DNA of 64,000 nt from Alphaproteobacteria bacterium (lineage in GTDB: Bacteria > Pseudomonadota > Alphaproteobacteria > SP197): assembly GCA_965228895.1 (NCBI GenBank), contig OZ245842.1, positions 832,001 to 896,000 of the forward strand. The letters run 5' to 3'. The position numbers and the translations under genes were made by a program. Numbering within the stretch: the stretch's first letter is position 1; the number at the start of each line of letters is the position of its first letter. Below are positions 1-11,866 of the stretch, one piece after another. The notes under the pieces are model-generated. The model was not told the origin of the DNA. It searched no databases and saw only the letters and a list, made by a program, of their open reading frames with translations.

Positions 1-300
1 TGGTTCGCCGAGATCGTCGCGACCTTCGGCCTCGTCTCAACCATTCTGATGACGCTGCGCTGGCGCCCGGATGCCGTGCCCTATGCGGTCGGCCTCTTCA
101 TCACCGCGGCCTACTGGTTCACGGCCTCGACTTCGTTCGCCAACCCGGCGGTCACCATCGCGCGCTCCTTCACCGACAGCTTCAGCGGCATCGCGCCCGA
201 CCACGTGCCCGCCTTCGTCATCTCCCAGTGCATCGGCGCGGCCATCGCCGTTGCGCTCGCCGCCTGGCTGCTACGCCCGGCGCGGGAGGAGGGTGAATAG
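1..300 (+). CDS. MIP/aquaporin family channel (AqpS-like), 5'-truncated by the window
   Basis: Frame open from base 1 (WFAEIVATFGLV...); second NPA-loop motif STSFANPAVTIAR; hydrophobic helices. Confidence 0.85.
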   Translation, partial: WFAEIVATFGLVSTILMTLRWRPDAVPYAVGLFITAAYWFTASTSFANPAVTIARSFTDSFSGIAPDHVPAFVISQCIGAAIAVALAAWLLRPAREEGE

Positions 301-313
301 TGTGCCGATTGTT

Positions 314-1321
314 CTACTGAGGACAGCCCAGAGCGCGCGCTTCGGTAAGAAGGTCCTCTCTCTTGTAGTAGACTTGGTGATCGTAAGCCTCACCATTCCA
401 ACGCAGAAGCATTTTGCTGCTGCATAGACTGACGTAGCCATCCACGGTCTCATTGATTACATGAAGGCTACTGCCTGGCATAAGGTAGGCCTCCTCCTCT
501 CCGTCCGCATCCAAAATCGGATCGAGAAAGCTCAGTTCCCCGATCTTGCGCCAAGCCGGTGGCTCGCCGTCCTCCGGGGGCTCCACTTCCAGAATGGCTC
601 CACGACAAGCAAAGCTGTCGCAGATCGGCAAGGAGATGATGTAGATGAATACCTCGTCACGGCCATCGCCGTTGACATCATAGGTTCCGACGCGAATGTC
701 ACTCAGCACCGTATCGAAAGGGACGATGTACGTGTCGTATTCCCAGCGAAAATACTCCGTCCACTCGGCGCCATTAAAACGGCAACCCCAAAAAGGCCAA
801 GGTATGTTTGTCATGGTGACGGACTGTTCGGCGCTGGTGATGAACCGCTCGTAGAGGGATGTCGTAAATGTCGTCCGTGTCTTTTCAACAAGACTCCAAT
901 CACACGGCGCGTCCATACTTCGATCTTTGACCACCGGCGAGAAGACGAAGAGGTCGCACAAATCGCCGTCGCATGTCGTGTCGTGATCGACAAGAACCAG
1001 CAAATCCTTGATCTCGTCACCATCAACGTCGGCAAATCCGGCAAAGAAGCTCTTTGCCGTCAAGTCTGGGTTGTTAAAGTGGCGCCCTTCCGGTGACGTT
1101 TGTAGAAACGCCTCGACCAGCGAGAAGTGCTCGCCGAGAAAGGGCACGATCAATATTTCATGGGCCTGATTGTCGTCATCGGCGGCCACGGGATGAGCCA
1201 CCGGAATCAAGGCCGACAAGATCACAAAAGCGACCACACGACGAATGGCCGAACCCCGCCCGACTACGACATCAGTGCCGCCAACGCTGGCCCAAGCGAA
1301 AGAAGATCTTAGTTCGGGCAA
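314..1321 (-). CDS. Exported DxDGDG/Cys-pair repeat protein, paralog 5 (start uncertain)
   Basis: Signal-like hydrophobic stretch; GFADVDGD...CDGDLC and GTYDVNGDG...CDSFAC; C-terminal LRWNGEAY shared with neighbours. Confidence 0.75.
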   Translation of the reverse strand: MPELRSSFAWASVGGTDVVVGRGSAIRRVVAFVILSALIPVAHPVAADDDNQAHEILIVPFLGEHFSLVEAFLQTSPEGRHFNNPDLTAKSFFAGFADVDGDEIKDLLVLVDHDTTCDGDLCDLFVFSPVVKDRSMDAPCDWSLVEKTRTTFTTSLYERFITSAEQSVTMTNIPWPFWGCRFNGAEWTEYFRWEYDTYIVPFDTVLSDIRVGTYDVNGDGRDEVFIYIISLPICDSFACRGAILEVEPPEDGEPPAWRKIGELSFLDPILDADGEEEAYLMPGSSLHVINETVDGYVSLCSSKMLLRWNGEAYDHQVYYKREDLLTEARALGCPQ

Positions 1322-2229
1322 CCGAGCTGCTCCGCCTCGTAATCGGGCACATAGAAGCGGATGTTATACGTCTCGCCGTTCCACCGCAGATAAGAGCCGC
1401 GGCTGCAGAGGCTGGCGTACCCATCTACCGTCTCGTCAATGACCAGCATGGTACGTCCCGGCCAAACATACGCCTCGTTCTCCAGAACGATGTGCATGGC
1501 CGGATCGAGGGAGTTGAGCTCGCCGATCCAGCGCCACGCGGGTTTCGATCCGTCTTCCGACGGCGACAGCTCCAGAATGGCGCCGCCACACTCATCCCGT
1601 CCGCAGATCGGTGGCGACACGACATAGATGAATATCTCGTCTTGGCCGTCGCCGTTAAGGTCGTACGTGCCGATGCGGACGTGGCTGAGCAAGATTTCGT
1701 CCGATTCGAATGTCGTATCGTAAAGTCGCTCGAAGTAGTTGCTCCAGTCCTCGCCCTCAATCTTGGCGGCCAACGCTGAAGGCCAACCCTTCAGCGTAAC
1801 CGTCTGCCCATTTGCGACGACGAAGCGCTCGTAGAGCGATCGTTTGACATCGCTCCGTGATGAGCTGACAAACAACCAATTGCACGGACTGTTGACGGTC
1901 GGGTTTTGCACGTCGGCCGAGAAGACAAAGACGTCACAGCGCTGATCCGTACAGACTGCCTCGTGATCAACCAGAAACACCAGGTTGTCGAGACCATCGC
2001 CGTCGACGTCGCCAAACCCGGCGTAGATGTCGCGTGAGGTCAGGGCGTCGGTTTCGAAGTACTGGCCGAACCACGCTGTCGCCATGTACTCCTCAACAAG
2101 CCAAAGGTACTCGCCGATGTCCGGCATCAGAAGCACCTCCTTGGGAAGCCTGTCGCCTCGCGCATTTGTGGTCTGGGCGAACGCAATCGAGAGGGCGATG
2201 ACGGCAAGCGACGATCTGAGCACGTTCAC
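1309..2229 (-). CDS. Exported DxDGDG/Cys-pair repeat protein, paralog 4
   Basis: Signal peptide; GFGDVDGDG...CTDQRC; GTYDLNGDG...CGRDEC; LRWNGETY. Confidence 0.8.
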   Translation of the reverse strand: MNVLRSSLAVIALSIAFAQTTNARGDRLPKEVLLMPDIGEYLWLVEEYMATAWFGQYFETDALTSRDIYAGFGDVDGDGLDNLVFLVDHEAVCTDQRCDVFVFSADVQNPTVNSPCNWLFVSSSRSDVKRSLYERFVVANGQTVTLKGWPSALAAKIEGEDWSNYFERLYDTTFESDEILLSHVRIGTYDLNGDGQDEIFIYVVSPPICGRDECGGAILELSPSEDGSKPAWRWIGELNSLDPAMHIVLENEAYVWPGRTMLVIDETVDGYASLCSRGSYLRWNGETYNIRFYVPDYEAEQLGCPN

Positions 2230-2292
2230 TCTGCCGTCTCCGTCTGGTTTGGTGGTGCCATGTCATCCGTTGCGTAGGGGCAAGCACAAGAG

Positions 2293-3276
2293 CTAGGGCA
2301 GGGCACAGCCATGATCCGAGAGGTCATAGGTCTCGCCGTTCCAGCTCAAGTGAAATTGCCGCGTGCACAGGCTAGGGTAACCATCGATCACTTTGTTCAG
2401 CACCTTGATGCGGCGCGCTGGATGAGACGAGATGTCGTCGCCGATAATAAGGTTGTCGGCGACGTAAAGGCCGAGCAGGTCGCCGATCCAGCGCCAGCCG
2501 GGTCTCCCGCCTTCCTCGACGGGCAACAGCTCCAGGATCGCGCCGCCGCACTCGTCGAACCCGCACATGGAAGGCGACACCGCATAAATGAAAACTTCGT
2601 CGCGGCCGTCGCCGTTGAGGTCGTAGGTGCCGACGCGAATGTCGCTCAGGCGTATCTCGTCACGCTCGACGGGCGTATCGTAGATCGCCGCGAAGTACTC
2701 TTTCCAGCGCTGCCCATCGAACCGGCCGTCAAAGGCGCCGATCGACAGGTGATGGTAGGGCTGGGTTATGTTGGTCAGGACGACCGTGTGTTCGGCGGTT
2801 TCCACGAACCGCTCAAACATCGATCGTTTGATCGGTGTCCGGGTCCGTTCGGCAGGCAGCCAGTTGCACGGGGCGGCCAGGCTCTGCCTCTGCCCATCGA
2901 CCTTGAAGGTGAAGACGTCGCACATGTCCTCGTCACATGCGATGGGGTGATCGACGGCGATCAGCAACTCGTCGACGCCGTCGCCGTCAAGGTCTGCGAA
3001 GCCGCCAAAGAAGTCCACTTCGATCAACGCACCGGTAGCGAACTCGTCACCGTAGGACGATGTCGGCATGTACTCTTCGACAAGCCAAAGATGCTCGCCG
3101 ATGTCTGGGGTCAGGTAGATGTAGTCGGCCGCGTTCAGATCTCGAGCAAGACCAAGAAGAGCCCATGTGCCGATCATCGCTGCCAGGCTGTGCCTTGCGG
3201 CCTGCCCCAATCGTTCGATGTTACGGCAGTGTCGGCGCCAAGGGGGTCCAGGCGCGTGTTGCTCTACGTGCGGCAT
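2293..3276 (-). CDS. Exported DxDGDG/Cys-pair repeat protein, paralog 3 (start uncertain)
   Basis: GFADLDGDG...CDEDMC; GTYDLNGDG...CGFDEC; LSWNGETY. Confidence 0.78.
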   Translation of the reverse strand: MPHVEQHAPGPPWRRHCRNIERLGQAARHSLAAMIGTWALLGLARDLNAADYIYLTPDIGEHLWLVEEYMPTSSYGDEFATGALIEVDFFGGFADLDGDGVDELLIAVDHPIACDEDMCDVFTFKVDGQRQSLAAPCNWLPAERTRTPIKRSMFERFVETAEHTVVLTNITQPYHHLSIGAFDGRFDGQRWKEYFAAIYDTPVERDEIRLSDIRVGTYDLNGDGRDEVFIYAVSPSMCGFDECGGAILELLPVEEGGRPGWRWIGDLLGLYVADNLIIGDDISSHPARRIKVLNKVIDGYPSLCTRQFHLSWNGETYDLSDHGCALP

Positions 3277-3281
3277 GGAGC

Positions 3282-3755
3282 CTACTCCGGGTCAGGCAGG
3301 ACGTTCTTGTACTTAAAATGAAAGTAATCGGGCCATTTGCGGCGATGCAGCGTGCACGCCATGTCCTCTTGCGGCGTCCCCAAGTGCTCATAGGGCAAGC
3401 GTTCAAGCCGAACGGTTTGCCCGCCGATGGTTACGGAGTTTTCGTCGAACGTCTGTCTGAACGGCCTGCGTTGCTCGTCGTAGAGCCGCCAGTCACAGGG
3501 ATAGTCGATATGTCGGTTCTCGACGACCAGCTCAAACAAGAAGACATCGCAGACGTCTCCATCACAAATCTCGTCGTGATCAAGCAGAATCACAAGATCG
3601 TCGCGTCCATCTTCGTTCGCGTCGACGAAGCCCCCATAAAACTCGAAACCGTCGGGAACGAGAAAGAAGCTCAAAGTGGTTGCCTCTCCACCGTGTACCG
3701 GTATGCCCGCGAGCAGCAGGCTCGCGGTCGCTAGGCGTTGCAGGTGACGGATCAT
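3282..3755 (-). CDS. Half-length paralog 2 of the same family (possibly truncated)
   Basis: Signal peptide and first repeat (GFVDANEDG...CDGDVC, PCDW); stops where the paralogs continue into the second repeat. Confidence 0.65.
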   Translation of the reverse strand: MIRHLQRLATASLLLAGIPVHGGEATTLSFFLVPDGFEFYGGFVDANEDGRDDLVILLDHDEICDGDVCDVFLFELVVENRHIDYPCDWRLYDEQRRPFRQTFDENSVTIGGQTVRLERLPYEHLGTPQEDMACTLHRRKWPDYFHFKYKNVLPDPE

Positions 3756-3794
3756 ATCAGCAAGCTTGGGTCATTGAGTGGCGGAGTCCACGTA

Positions 3795-3870
3795 TTAGCT
3801 CCGCAAGCCCGGGTCGTAGGTCTCGCCGTTCCAGCGCATATGTGGGCTGGGAAGCGCAGCGATTTTCGAC
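3795..3870 (-). pseudogene. Orphan C-terminal fragment of another paralog
   Basis: Minus strand reads MRWNGETYDPGLRS*, matching the conserved C-terminal RWNGExY of the array. Confidence 0.6.
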
Positions 3871-3942
3871 AACGGCACATGGCTTCTTCTTCAACGCCAA
3901 TCGTGCTCGGCTACACGTTGCCGAGCCCACGGCGGATCATTG

Positions 3943-4893
3943 TCAATCATGAGAGTACACGTCGGCGAACGACAAGAACGGACACCCTAAGAGTTTCGCA
4001 TCTTCCTCGCGAACGTGCTCGACGGCATAATTCTCGCCGTTCCAACGCATGATGTTTGTTGCGGCGCACATTGTGACATGTCCGTCGATTGTCTCTTCTG
4101 TGGCAACCAGTAACCTGGCGGGATAGGTCTCCGACAGATCATCGAAAACAAACCTCAAGTTCGGCACGAGGCGCGGCAGTTGGCCAATCGGTCGCCATGT
4201 CGGCAAGGATCCGTCATCGCTGGCGCGTACCTCCAAGATCGCACCGCCGCAATCACCGCGGTGGCAGGTGTCGGGCGAGTCGACATAGACGAAGACCTCC
4301 TCACTGCCGTCGCCGTTAACGTCGAATGCCCCGACACGCACGTCACGCAGGTCGATACGGCCACCGGCAGCGGGTCTTCCGTAAACCTGTTCGACATATG
4401 CGAGTTTGCCGCCGTCGCCTTCCGTCCAAGCCGGAAGGTCGGGCTTGCGCAGTAGAAGACGGTAGACTTTGCCGTCGACAAAGGCGAAACGCTCGAACAT
4501 CGCACGTTCAATGGGAACGCGTAGGCGTTCGACGAACATCCAATCGGTCCGGTTGTCGGCGGGAGTGTCCGTCTCGTCTGAAGCGAAGACGAAGAGGTCG
4601 CAATGGTCGCCATCGCACGCGGCCTCGTGATCGACGACCCAGATCAGGTCTTCTGTGCCGTCCTCACCGAAATCGGCGAACGCCCCGAAGATGTCCGCCC
4701 CCGTCACCGCACCGGTCTTATAGTTCCCGGAGAATCGCGATGACCGCAGGTAGTCGTCCACCAGCAGGTAATGATCGCCTATATACGGCAGCAGGTTGAT
4801 CTCTTGCGGCAGATTGTCGCTATGCGCAGTTGGCATCCGGACGGTCGCCGCCAGGAAGACAAGTGCCAGGCAGACAAGCGTACGGCTGATCAT
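3943..4893 (-). CDS. Exported DxDGDG/Cys-pair repeat protein, paralog 1
   Basis: Signal peptide; AFADFGEDG...CDGDHC; GAFDVNGDG...CHRGDC; MRWNGENY; ATGA overlap with the upstream gene. Confidence 0.8.
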   Translation of the reverse strand: MISRTLVCLALVFLAATVRMPTAHSDNLPQEINLLPYIGDHYLLVDDYLRSSRFSGNYKTGAVTGADIFGAFADFGEDGTEDLIWVVDHEAACDGDHCDLFVFASDETDTPADNRTDWMFVERLRVPIERAMFERFAFVDGKVYRLLLRKPDLPAWTEGDGGKLAYVEQVYGRPAAGGRIDLRDVRVGAFDVNGDGSEEVFVYVDSPDTCHRGDCGGAILEVRASDDGSLPTWRPIGQLPRLVPNLRFVFDDLSETYPARLLVATEETIDGHVTMCAATNIMRWNGENYAVEHVREEDAKLLGCPFLSFADVYSHD

Positions 4894-5870
4894 TCAGATG
4901 GTTCCGTCTCGTTGAGGGCCGGCACGTCATCGCTGGCATAGAGGGGAATGTTCTCGAATCCGATTAGCCGCTCTTCGACTTGTTCAAAAGCCTCTTTCTT
5001 TGTCCGGTCACCTGGAATGTCGTCAATGGGGAATGTCTCTGGGTCAGAAACCCATTCGTCGGCCTCAAGATGCTCGAAGTACTGCTTGACCCGTCCTTGA
5101 CCTTCGCGATGTGCTGCTGCGAGCAGTCCGGCCTCGGTCACTTCGAACGTAACGTCTCCTGCTTCGATCTCTTGTCCGACATATCGCGTCAATCCGTCCC
5201 CTTCAACGTAACCCCACATCTTTGTCAGATATGCCGCGAAGGCGAGGTTCTGAAGTTCGGGGTCTTGGAGAAACTCGTCGCCATCAGGGAAGGGGTGGCC
5301 GTGCCACTGCTCGTCGGCGGTCATGAGCCCGATGTCGAACAACGATCTCGGTAGAAGTTGATATCGTCCTGCGGCGCGTGACGAAGGATTCACCAAGTGC
5401 CATCTGTCGAACGACTTTTCGAAGATGTCGATGGTATCAGCGAACTCGCGCGAAACCGGGAAGAGTTCGTCGGCGCTCCAAATCTCGTTGATCTGCAGTT
5501 TCTGCGGTGTCGGCTTCGTTTGAGGAATGGGTGGTTCTATGTCGGTAGCCGCCTGCTCCGGCTTTCTTGCCGGAATCGGCGGTGTCGCCGCCGCATCGGC
5601 ATCCGCCCTCGCCGCGCGCCGCGTCGTCGCATCCGAGGTCGGAAAGATCCGCCGCGCCTGTCTGGCGAGCGGCGTTTCGCTGTCCGACGCGGCCTCGCGC
5701 TTCAGTTCGTCGGCGAAGGCGAACGCGATGTGTTCGCGCGATCCCATCGGGAACGGGTTGGCCTCGCCGCTGGCGACCATCCGGGTGATGGCGCCGGCGT
5801 CGGCGGCGATGGGGTTACGCGTGGTCTCGGTTTTGCGGTGTTGGCGTCGTGATGTCCGGCGTCGATTCAT
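4890..5870 (-). CDS. Lysozyme-like (muramidase/transglycosylase fold) protein with Arg/Pro-rich N-terminal region
   Basis: E...N...AAGRYQL, FLQDPELQ, RYVGQEI and VTEAGLLAAAH..G motifs typical of lysozyme-like superfamily domains. Confidence 0.65.
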   Translation of the reverse strand: MNRRRTSRRQHRKTETTRNPIAADAGAITRMVASGEANPFPMGSREHIAFAFADELKREAASDSETPLARQARRIFPTSDATTRRAARADADAAATPPIPARKPEQAATDIEPPIPQTKPTPQKLQINEIWSADELFPVSREFADTIDIFEKSFDRWHLVNPSSRAAGRYQLLPRSLFDIGLMTADEQWHGHPFPDGDEFLQDPELQNLAFAAYLTKMWGYVEGDGLTRYVGQEIEAGDVTFEVTEAGLLAAAHREGQGRVKQYFEHLEADEWVSDPETFPIDDIPGDRTKKEAFEQVEERLIGFENIPLYASDDVPALNETEPSE

Positions 5871-6152
5871 GATCGTGGGAACTCCCAGCTAAGGTTGGTT
5901 CCACCTCCCGTCCGTGAAACGTAGCACGAACAAACTGCGCAACCAAGGGTTTAATGTCTTGCCTTGAATTCGCCTGAATTCAGAGTTCGAGCGGCAACAC
6001 CCGCGGGCGCTGCGCTTGGGCCCGGTCAGCTATGCTGCAGTGCAAGAATCCCCTTGCGAATCGGCATGGGTGCTGGTTGTTTAGCGCCGACAGCCGCAGC
6101 TTCCCCAATTCAGCGTTGCGGGCCCCTTGAGGGGACCCGGAGGAGACCACCC

Positions 6153-8634
<2,482 letters not shown>

Positions 8635-8646
8635 AAAGACCGAACC

Positions 8647-9117
8647 ATGACCCGCCTCGCGACTGTCTTTGCACTCATGTTGGTTTGGACGCCATCGGTC
8701 CAAGCCGATGAACCCGAGCGCGGCACGGCGGAGGAGGCGCAGGCGATGGTGGAACGCGCCATCGCGCTCTACGACCAGGCCGGCATGGGTGATGCGTTTC
8801 GCCAGATCACCTTGTCGCCGGACCCCGGCTTTCGCGACCGCGACCTCTATCTCTTCGTCATCGATCAGGCCGGTTTCATGGCCGCCCACGCGCTCTATCC
8901 TGAGAGTGTTGGGACCAACGGCATCAACGCCGTGGATTCAGCGGGCACACGTTATGTCCGCGACATCGTCACGCATGCCAGTCCGGAAGGCGCCTGGGTC
9001 GACTATGTGTTCATCGATCCGTTGACCGGCGTTCCCGCGCCAAAGTCGACCTGGGTCGTCCTTCACGACAGGTTCATTTTTGCCTGCGGCATCTATGCCG
9101 GGGAGGTTGGGATATGA
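8647..9117 (+). CDS. Stand-alone exported single Cache-domain protein
   Basis: Signal peptide; RGTAEEAQAMV, FRDRDLYLFV, GAWVDY...P....PKSTWV, ACGIY. Confidence 0.8.
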   Translation: MTRLATVFALMLVWTPSVQADEPERGTAEEAQAMVERAIALYDQAGMGDAFRQITLSPDPGFRDRDLYLFVIDQAGFMAAHALYPESVGTNGINAVDSAGTRYVRDIVTHASPEGAWVDYVFIDPLTGVPAPKSTWVVLHDRFIFACGIYAGEVGI

Positions 9118-9581
9118 CGTATGGAGCCCTTAGCGGACTCGTGCTTTGCCTCCTGATTGGGAGCACCGCTACCGCTGCGGCCGACGATAACCAGCGCGGT
9201 ACGGCCCGTGATGCCCAGGACATGGTTGAGCACGGCATCCTACTGTTCGAGGACGAGGGCGCAGCCAACGCCTTTGCCGCCATCAACTTGGGGACGCCCC
9301 AGTTCCGACATCACGACCTCTACCTCTTTGTGCTCGATGCGCAGGACGGCCTTGTCGTGGCCGACGCGCTGCACCCTGATCGGGTCGGCGTCGACGCGCT
9401 GGCGTTGAAGGACGTCAACGGGACGACCTTCGGACGCAACATGATCGAACAAGCGACCAAGCACGGTGTGTGGGTAGACTACGCGTTCGAAAATCCGATG
9501 ACGGGTCAGGTCGAGCCGAAATCAAGCTGGGTCGTTCTCCACGACGGCTACGTGTTCGGCTGCGGTATCTACAACCCCTGA
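9114..9581 (+). CDS. Stand-alone exported single Cache-domain protein (tandem paralog)
   Basis: Signal peptide; FRHHDLYLFV, KDVNG, GVWVDY..NP....PKSSWV, GCGIY; ATGA overlap. Confidence 0.8.
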   Translation: MTYGALSGLVLCLLIGSTATAAADDNQRGTARDAQDMVEHGILLFEDEGAANAFAAINLGTPQFRHHDLYLFVLDAQDGLVVADALHPDRVGVDALALKDVNGTTFGRNMIEQATKHGVWVDYAFENPMTGQVEPKSSWVVLHDGYVFGCGIYNP

Positions 9582-9713
9582 CGTTCGGCAAGTTGGCATC
9601 ACATCGACTTGATGAACGGCTGTGATGATGATCACCATCAAGTAAATCCGCGAAACTTAATCCAGAAAGCCCGTATCGATGCCACTGATGACTGTTGTCA
9701 TGGGAATCCGTGA

Positions 9714-9732
9714 TGTTAAAGTGCCTTTAACA
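9714..9732. promoter_or_regulatory. Perfect inverted repeat TGTTAAAG-tgc-CTTTAACA containing TTAA-N7-TTAAC (CtrA-box-like)
   Basis: Read directly, 47 bp upstream of the sucC start. Confidence 0.45.
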
Positions 9733-9779
9733 CGCCAACAGCCGGCTGTTTCGATGATTATTGCCCCCAGGGCGCCCCA

Positions 9780-10946
9780 ATGAATTTGCATGAGTTCCAG
9801 GCCAAGGAGGTCTTGGCCGCGTACGGGGTTGCGATCCCGCACGGCAAGGTGGCGCGCAGCGGTGACGAAGCCGAACAGGCGGCGCAGGAATTAGGCGGCG
9901 ACCTCTGGGTCGTCAAAGCCCAGGTCCACGCCGGCGGGCGCGGCAAGGCAGGTGGTATCAAGGTCTGCCGGACCGGTGACGAGGTCCGCCAGGCCGCCGA
10001 CGCGCTGATCGGCACCAGCCTCAAGACCCATCAGACGGGACCCGAAGGCAAGCCAATCCATTCCGTCTATGTTGAAGAAGGCTCGTCGATTGCGCGCGAG
10101 CTTTATCTGGCGATGTTGGTTGACCGTGGCGCCGGCCGCATCGCGGTGATTGCCTCGACAGAAGGCGGCATGGATATCGAGGAGGTCGCAGCCAAGACCC
10201 CGGAAAAGATCCTGACGATCACGATCGATCCGGCGACCGGCTTGCAGGCCCATCATGGCCGGCGCATCGCGTTCGCACTGGGACTCGAAGGCGACCAGGT
10301 GAAGAAGGCAGGAAAGTTTGTTGCCGGTCTTTACAAAGCGCTCAACGAAACCGATGCGAGCCTATTGGAAATCAATCCGCTGGTCGTGACCGAGGACGGT
10401 GACCTTCTGGCGCTGGACTGCAAGTACAACCTGGACGACAACGCGCTCTTCCGCCACGCCGACCTCGCTGCCATGCGCGATGACGCGCAGGAGGATCCGA
10501 CTGAGCTGGAAGCAGCCGAAGTCGGCCTCAACTACGTCAAGCTGGACGGCAATATCGGTTGCATGGTGAACGGTGCCGGGCTTGCGATGGCGACCATGGA
10601 TATCTGCAAGCTGGCTGGTGGCGAACCGGCGAACTTTCTGGACGTCGGTGGCGGCGCGACCAAGGAACAGGTTGCCAGCGCCTTCAAGATCATCGTCTCC
10701 GACCCCAATGTGAAGGCCATTCTGGTGAACATCTTCGGCGGCATCATGCGCTGTGATGTCATCGCCGACGGCATTGTCGCGGCGGCCAAGGAACTGAACC
10801 TTGAGGTTCCCGTTGTCGTTCGGCTGGAAGGCACCAATGTCGACCAGGGCAAGGCGATCCTGGATCAATCGGGCCTGCAGATTACCTCGGCCGACGATCT
10901 GTCGGATGCCGCCGCCAAGGCGGTCGCCGCGATTGGAGCCGCCTGA
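9780..10946 (+). CDS. sucC: Succinyl-CoA synthetase beta subunit
   Basis: [42 protein letters not shown]. Confidence 0.97.
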   Translation: MNLHEFQAKEVLAAYGVAIPHGKVARSGDEAEQAAQELGGDLWVVKAQVHAGGRGKAGGIKVCRTGDEVRQAADALIGTSLKTHQTGPEGKPIHSVYVEEGSSIARELYLAMLVDRGAGRIAVIASTEGGMDIEEVAAKTPEKILTITIDPATGLQAHHGRRIAFALGLEGDQVKKAGKFVAGLYKALNETDASLLEINPLVVTEDGDLLALDCKYNLDDNALFRHADLAAMRDDAQEDPTELEAAEVGLNYVKLDGNIGCMVNGAGLAMATMDICKLAGGEPANFLDVGGGATKEQVASAFKIIVSDPNVKAILVNIFGGIMRCDVIADGIVAAAKELNLEVPVVVRLEGTNVDQGKAILDQSGLQITSADDLSDAAAKAVAAIGAA

Positions 10947-11821
10947 TGGCCGTCCTCGTCGATAACAACACCAAGCTGCTGGTCCAGGGTTTCACAGGCA
11001 AGACGGCGACCTTCCACACCGAACAGGCGATTGCCTACGGCACCGACGTGGTCGGCGGTGTAACGCCGGGCAAGGGCGGTGGCATGCACCTGGATCTGCC
11101 GATCTTCGATACGGTGCAGGACTGCGTCGACAAGACCGGCGCGAATGCCTCCGTCATCTATGTGCCGCCTCCATTCGCGGCCGACGCCATCCTGGAATCC
11201 ATCGATGCGGGCGTGCCGCTGGTGGTCGCCATCACCGAGGGCATTCCGGTGCTCGACATGGTGCGGGTCAAACGCGCGCTTGACGGTTCTTCGACACGGT
11301 TGATCGGGCCCAATTGCCCGGGCGTCATTACGCCGGGTGAGTGCAAGATCGGCATCATGCCCGGCCACATCCACATGCGCGGCAAGATCGGTATTGTTTC
11401 GCGCTCGGGAACGCTTACCTATGAAGGCGTGCACCAGACGACCGCCGCCGGCCTCGGTCAAACGACCTGTATCGGCATAGGCGGCGACCCGGTCAACGGC
11501 ACTGACTTCATCGACTGCCTGGAAATGTTCCTGGCCGACGATGAGACCGAAGGCATCATTATGATTGGCGAGATCGGCGGCAGCGCCGAGGAAGACGCCG
11601 CGGACTTTATCAAGCACGAAAAACGCAAAAAACCGATTACAGGCTTCATTGCCGGTGTCACCGCGCCGCCAGGCCGCCGTATGGGCCATGCCGGCGCGAT
11701 CGTCTCCGGCGGCAAGGGTAAGGCCGAAGATAAAATAGCGGCCATGCAGGGCGCCGGTTTCCACATTGCGGATTCACCGGCCAGCCTGGGCACGACCATG
11801 CTGAAAGCCATGGGGGGATAA
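10946..11821 (+). CDS. sucD: Succinyl-CoA synthetase alpha subunit
   Basis: [27 protein letters not shown] phospho-His motif. Confidence 0.97.
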   Translation: MAVLVDNNTKLLVQGFTGKTATFHTEQAIAYGTDVVGGVTPGKGGGMHLDLPIFDTVQDCVDKTGANASVIYVPPPFAADAILESIDAGVPLVVAITEGIPVLDMVRVKRALDGSSTRLIGPNCPGVITPGECKIGIMPGHIHMRGKIGIVSRSGTLTYEGVHQTTAAGLGQTTCIGIGGDPVNGTDFIDCLEMFLADDETEGIIMIGEIGGSAEEDAADFIKHEKRKKPITGFIAGVTAPPGRRMGHAGAIVSGGKGKAEDKIAAMQGAGFHIADSPASLGTTMLKAMGG

Positions 11822-11866
11822 CGTCGAATGCAACTACGGACGCCTGGAGCGCCGAGGTAAAGGTCC

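Noticed and set aside
314-4893. Integrin/FG-GAP beta-propeller adhesin call for the array
   Set aside because: Only two DxDGDG loops per protein, too few for a propeller; kept as an unassigned family
5917-5931. LexA-box-like AAAC-N7-GAAC upstream of the lysozyme-like gene
   Set aside because: One mismatch to GAAC-N7-GAAC and a single copy; could be chance
5964-6152. N-terminal extension of mmsA in the ORF track (similarly obgE, rlmH, ctpA, the recombinase and ago)
   Set aside because: Better starts with SD or stop-start overlap lie downstream; the extensions lack family motifs
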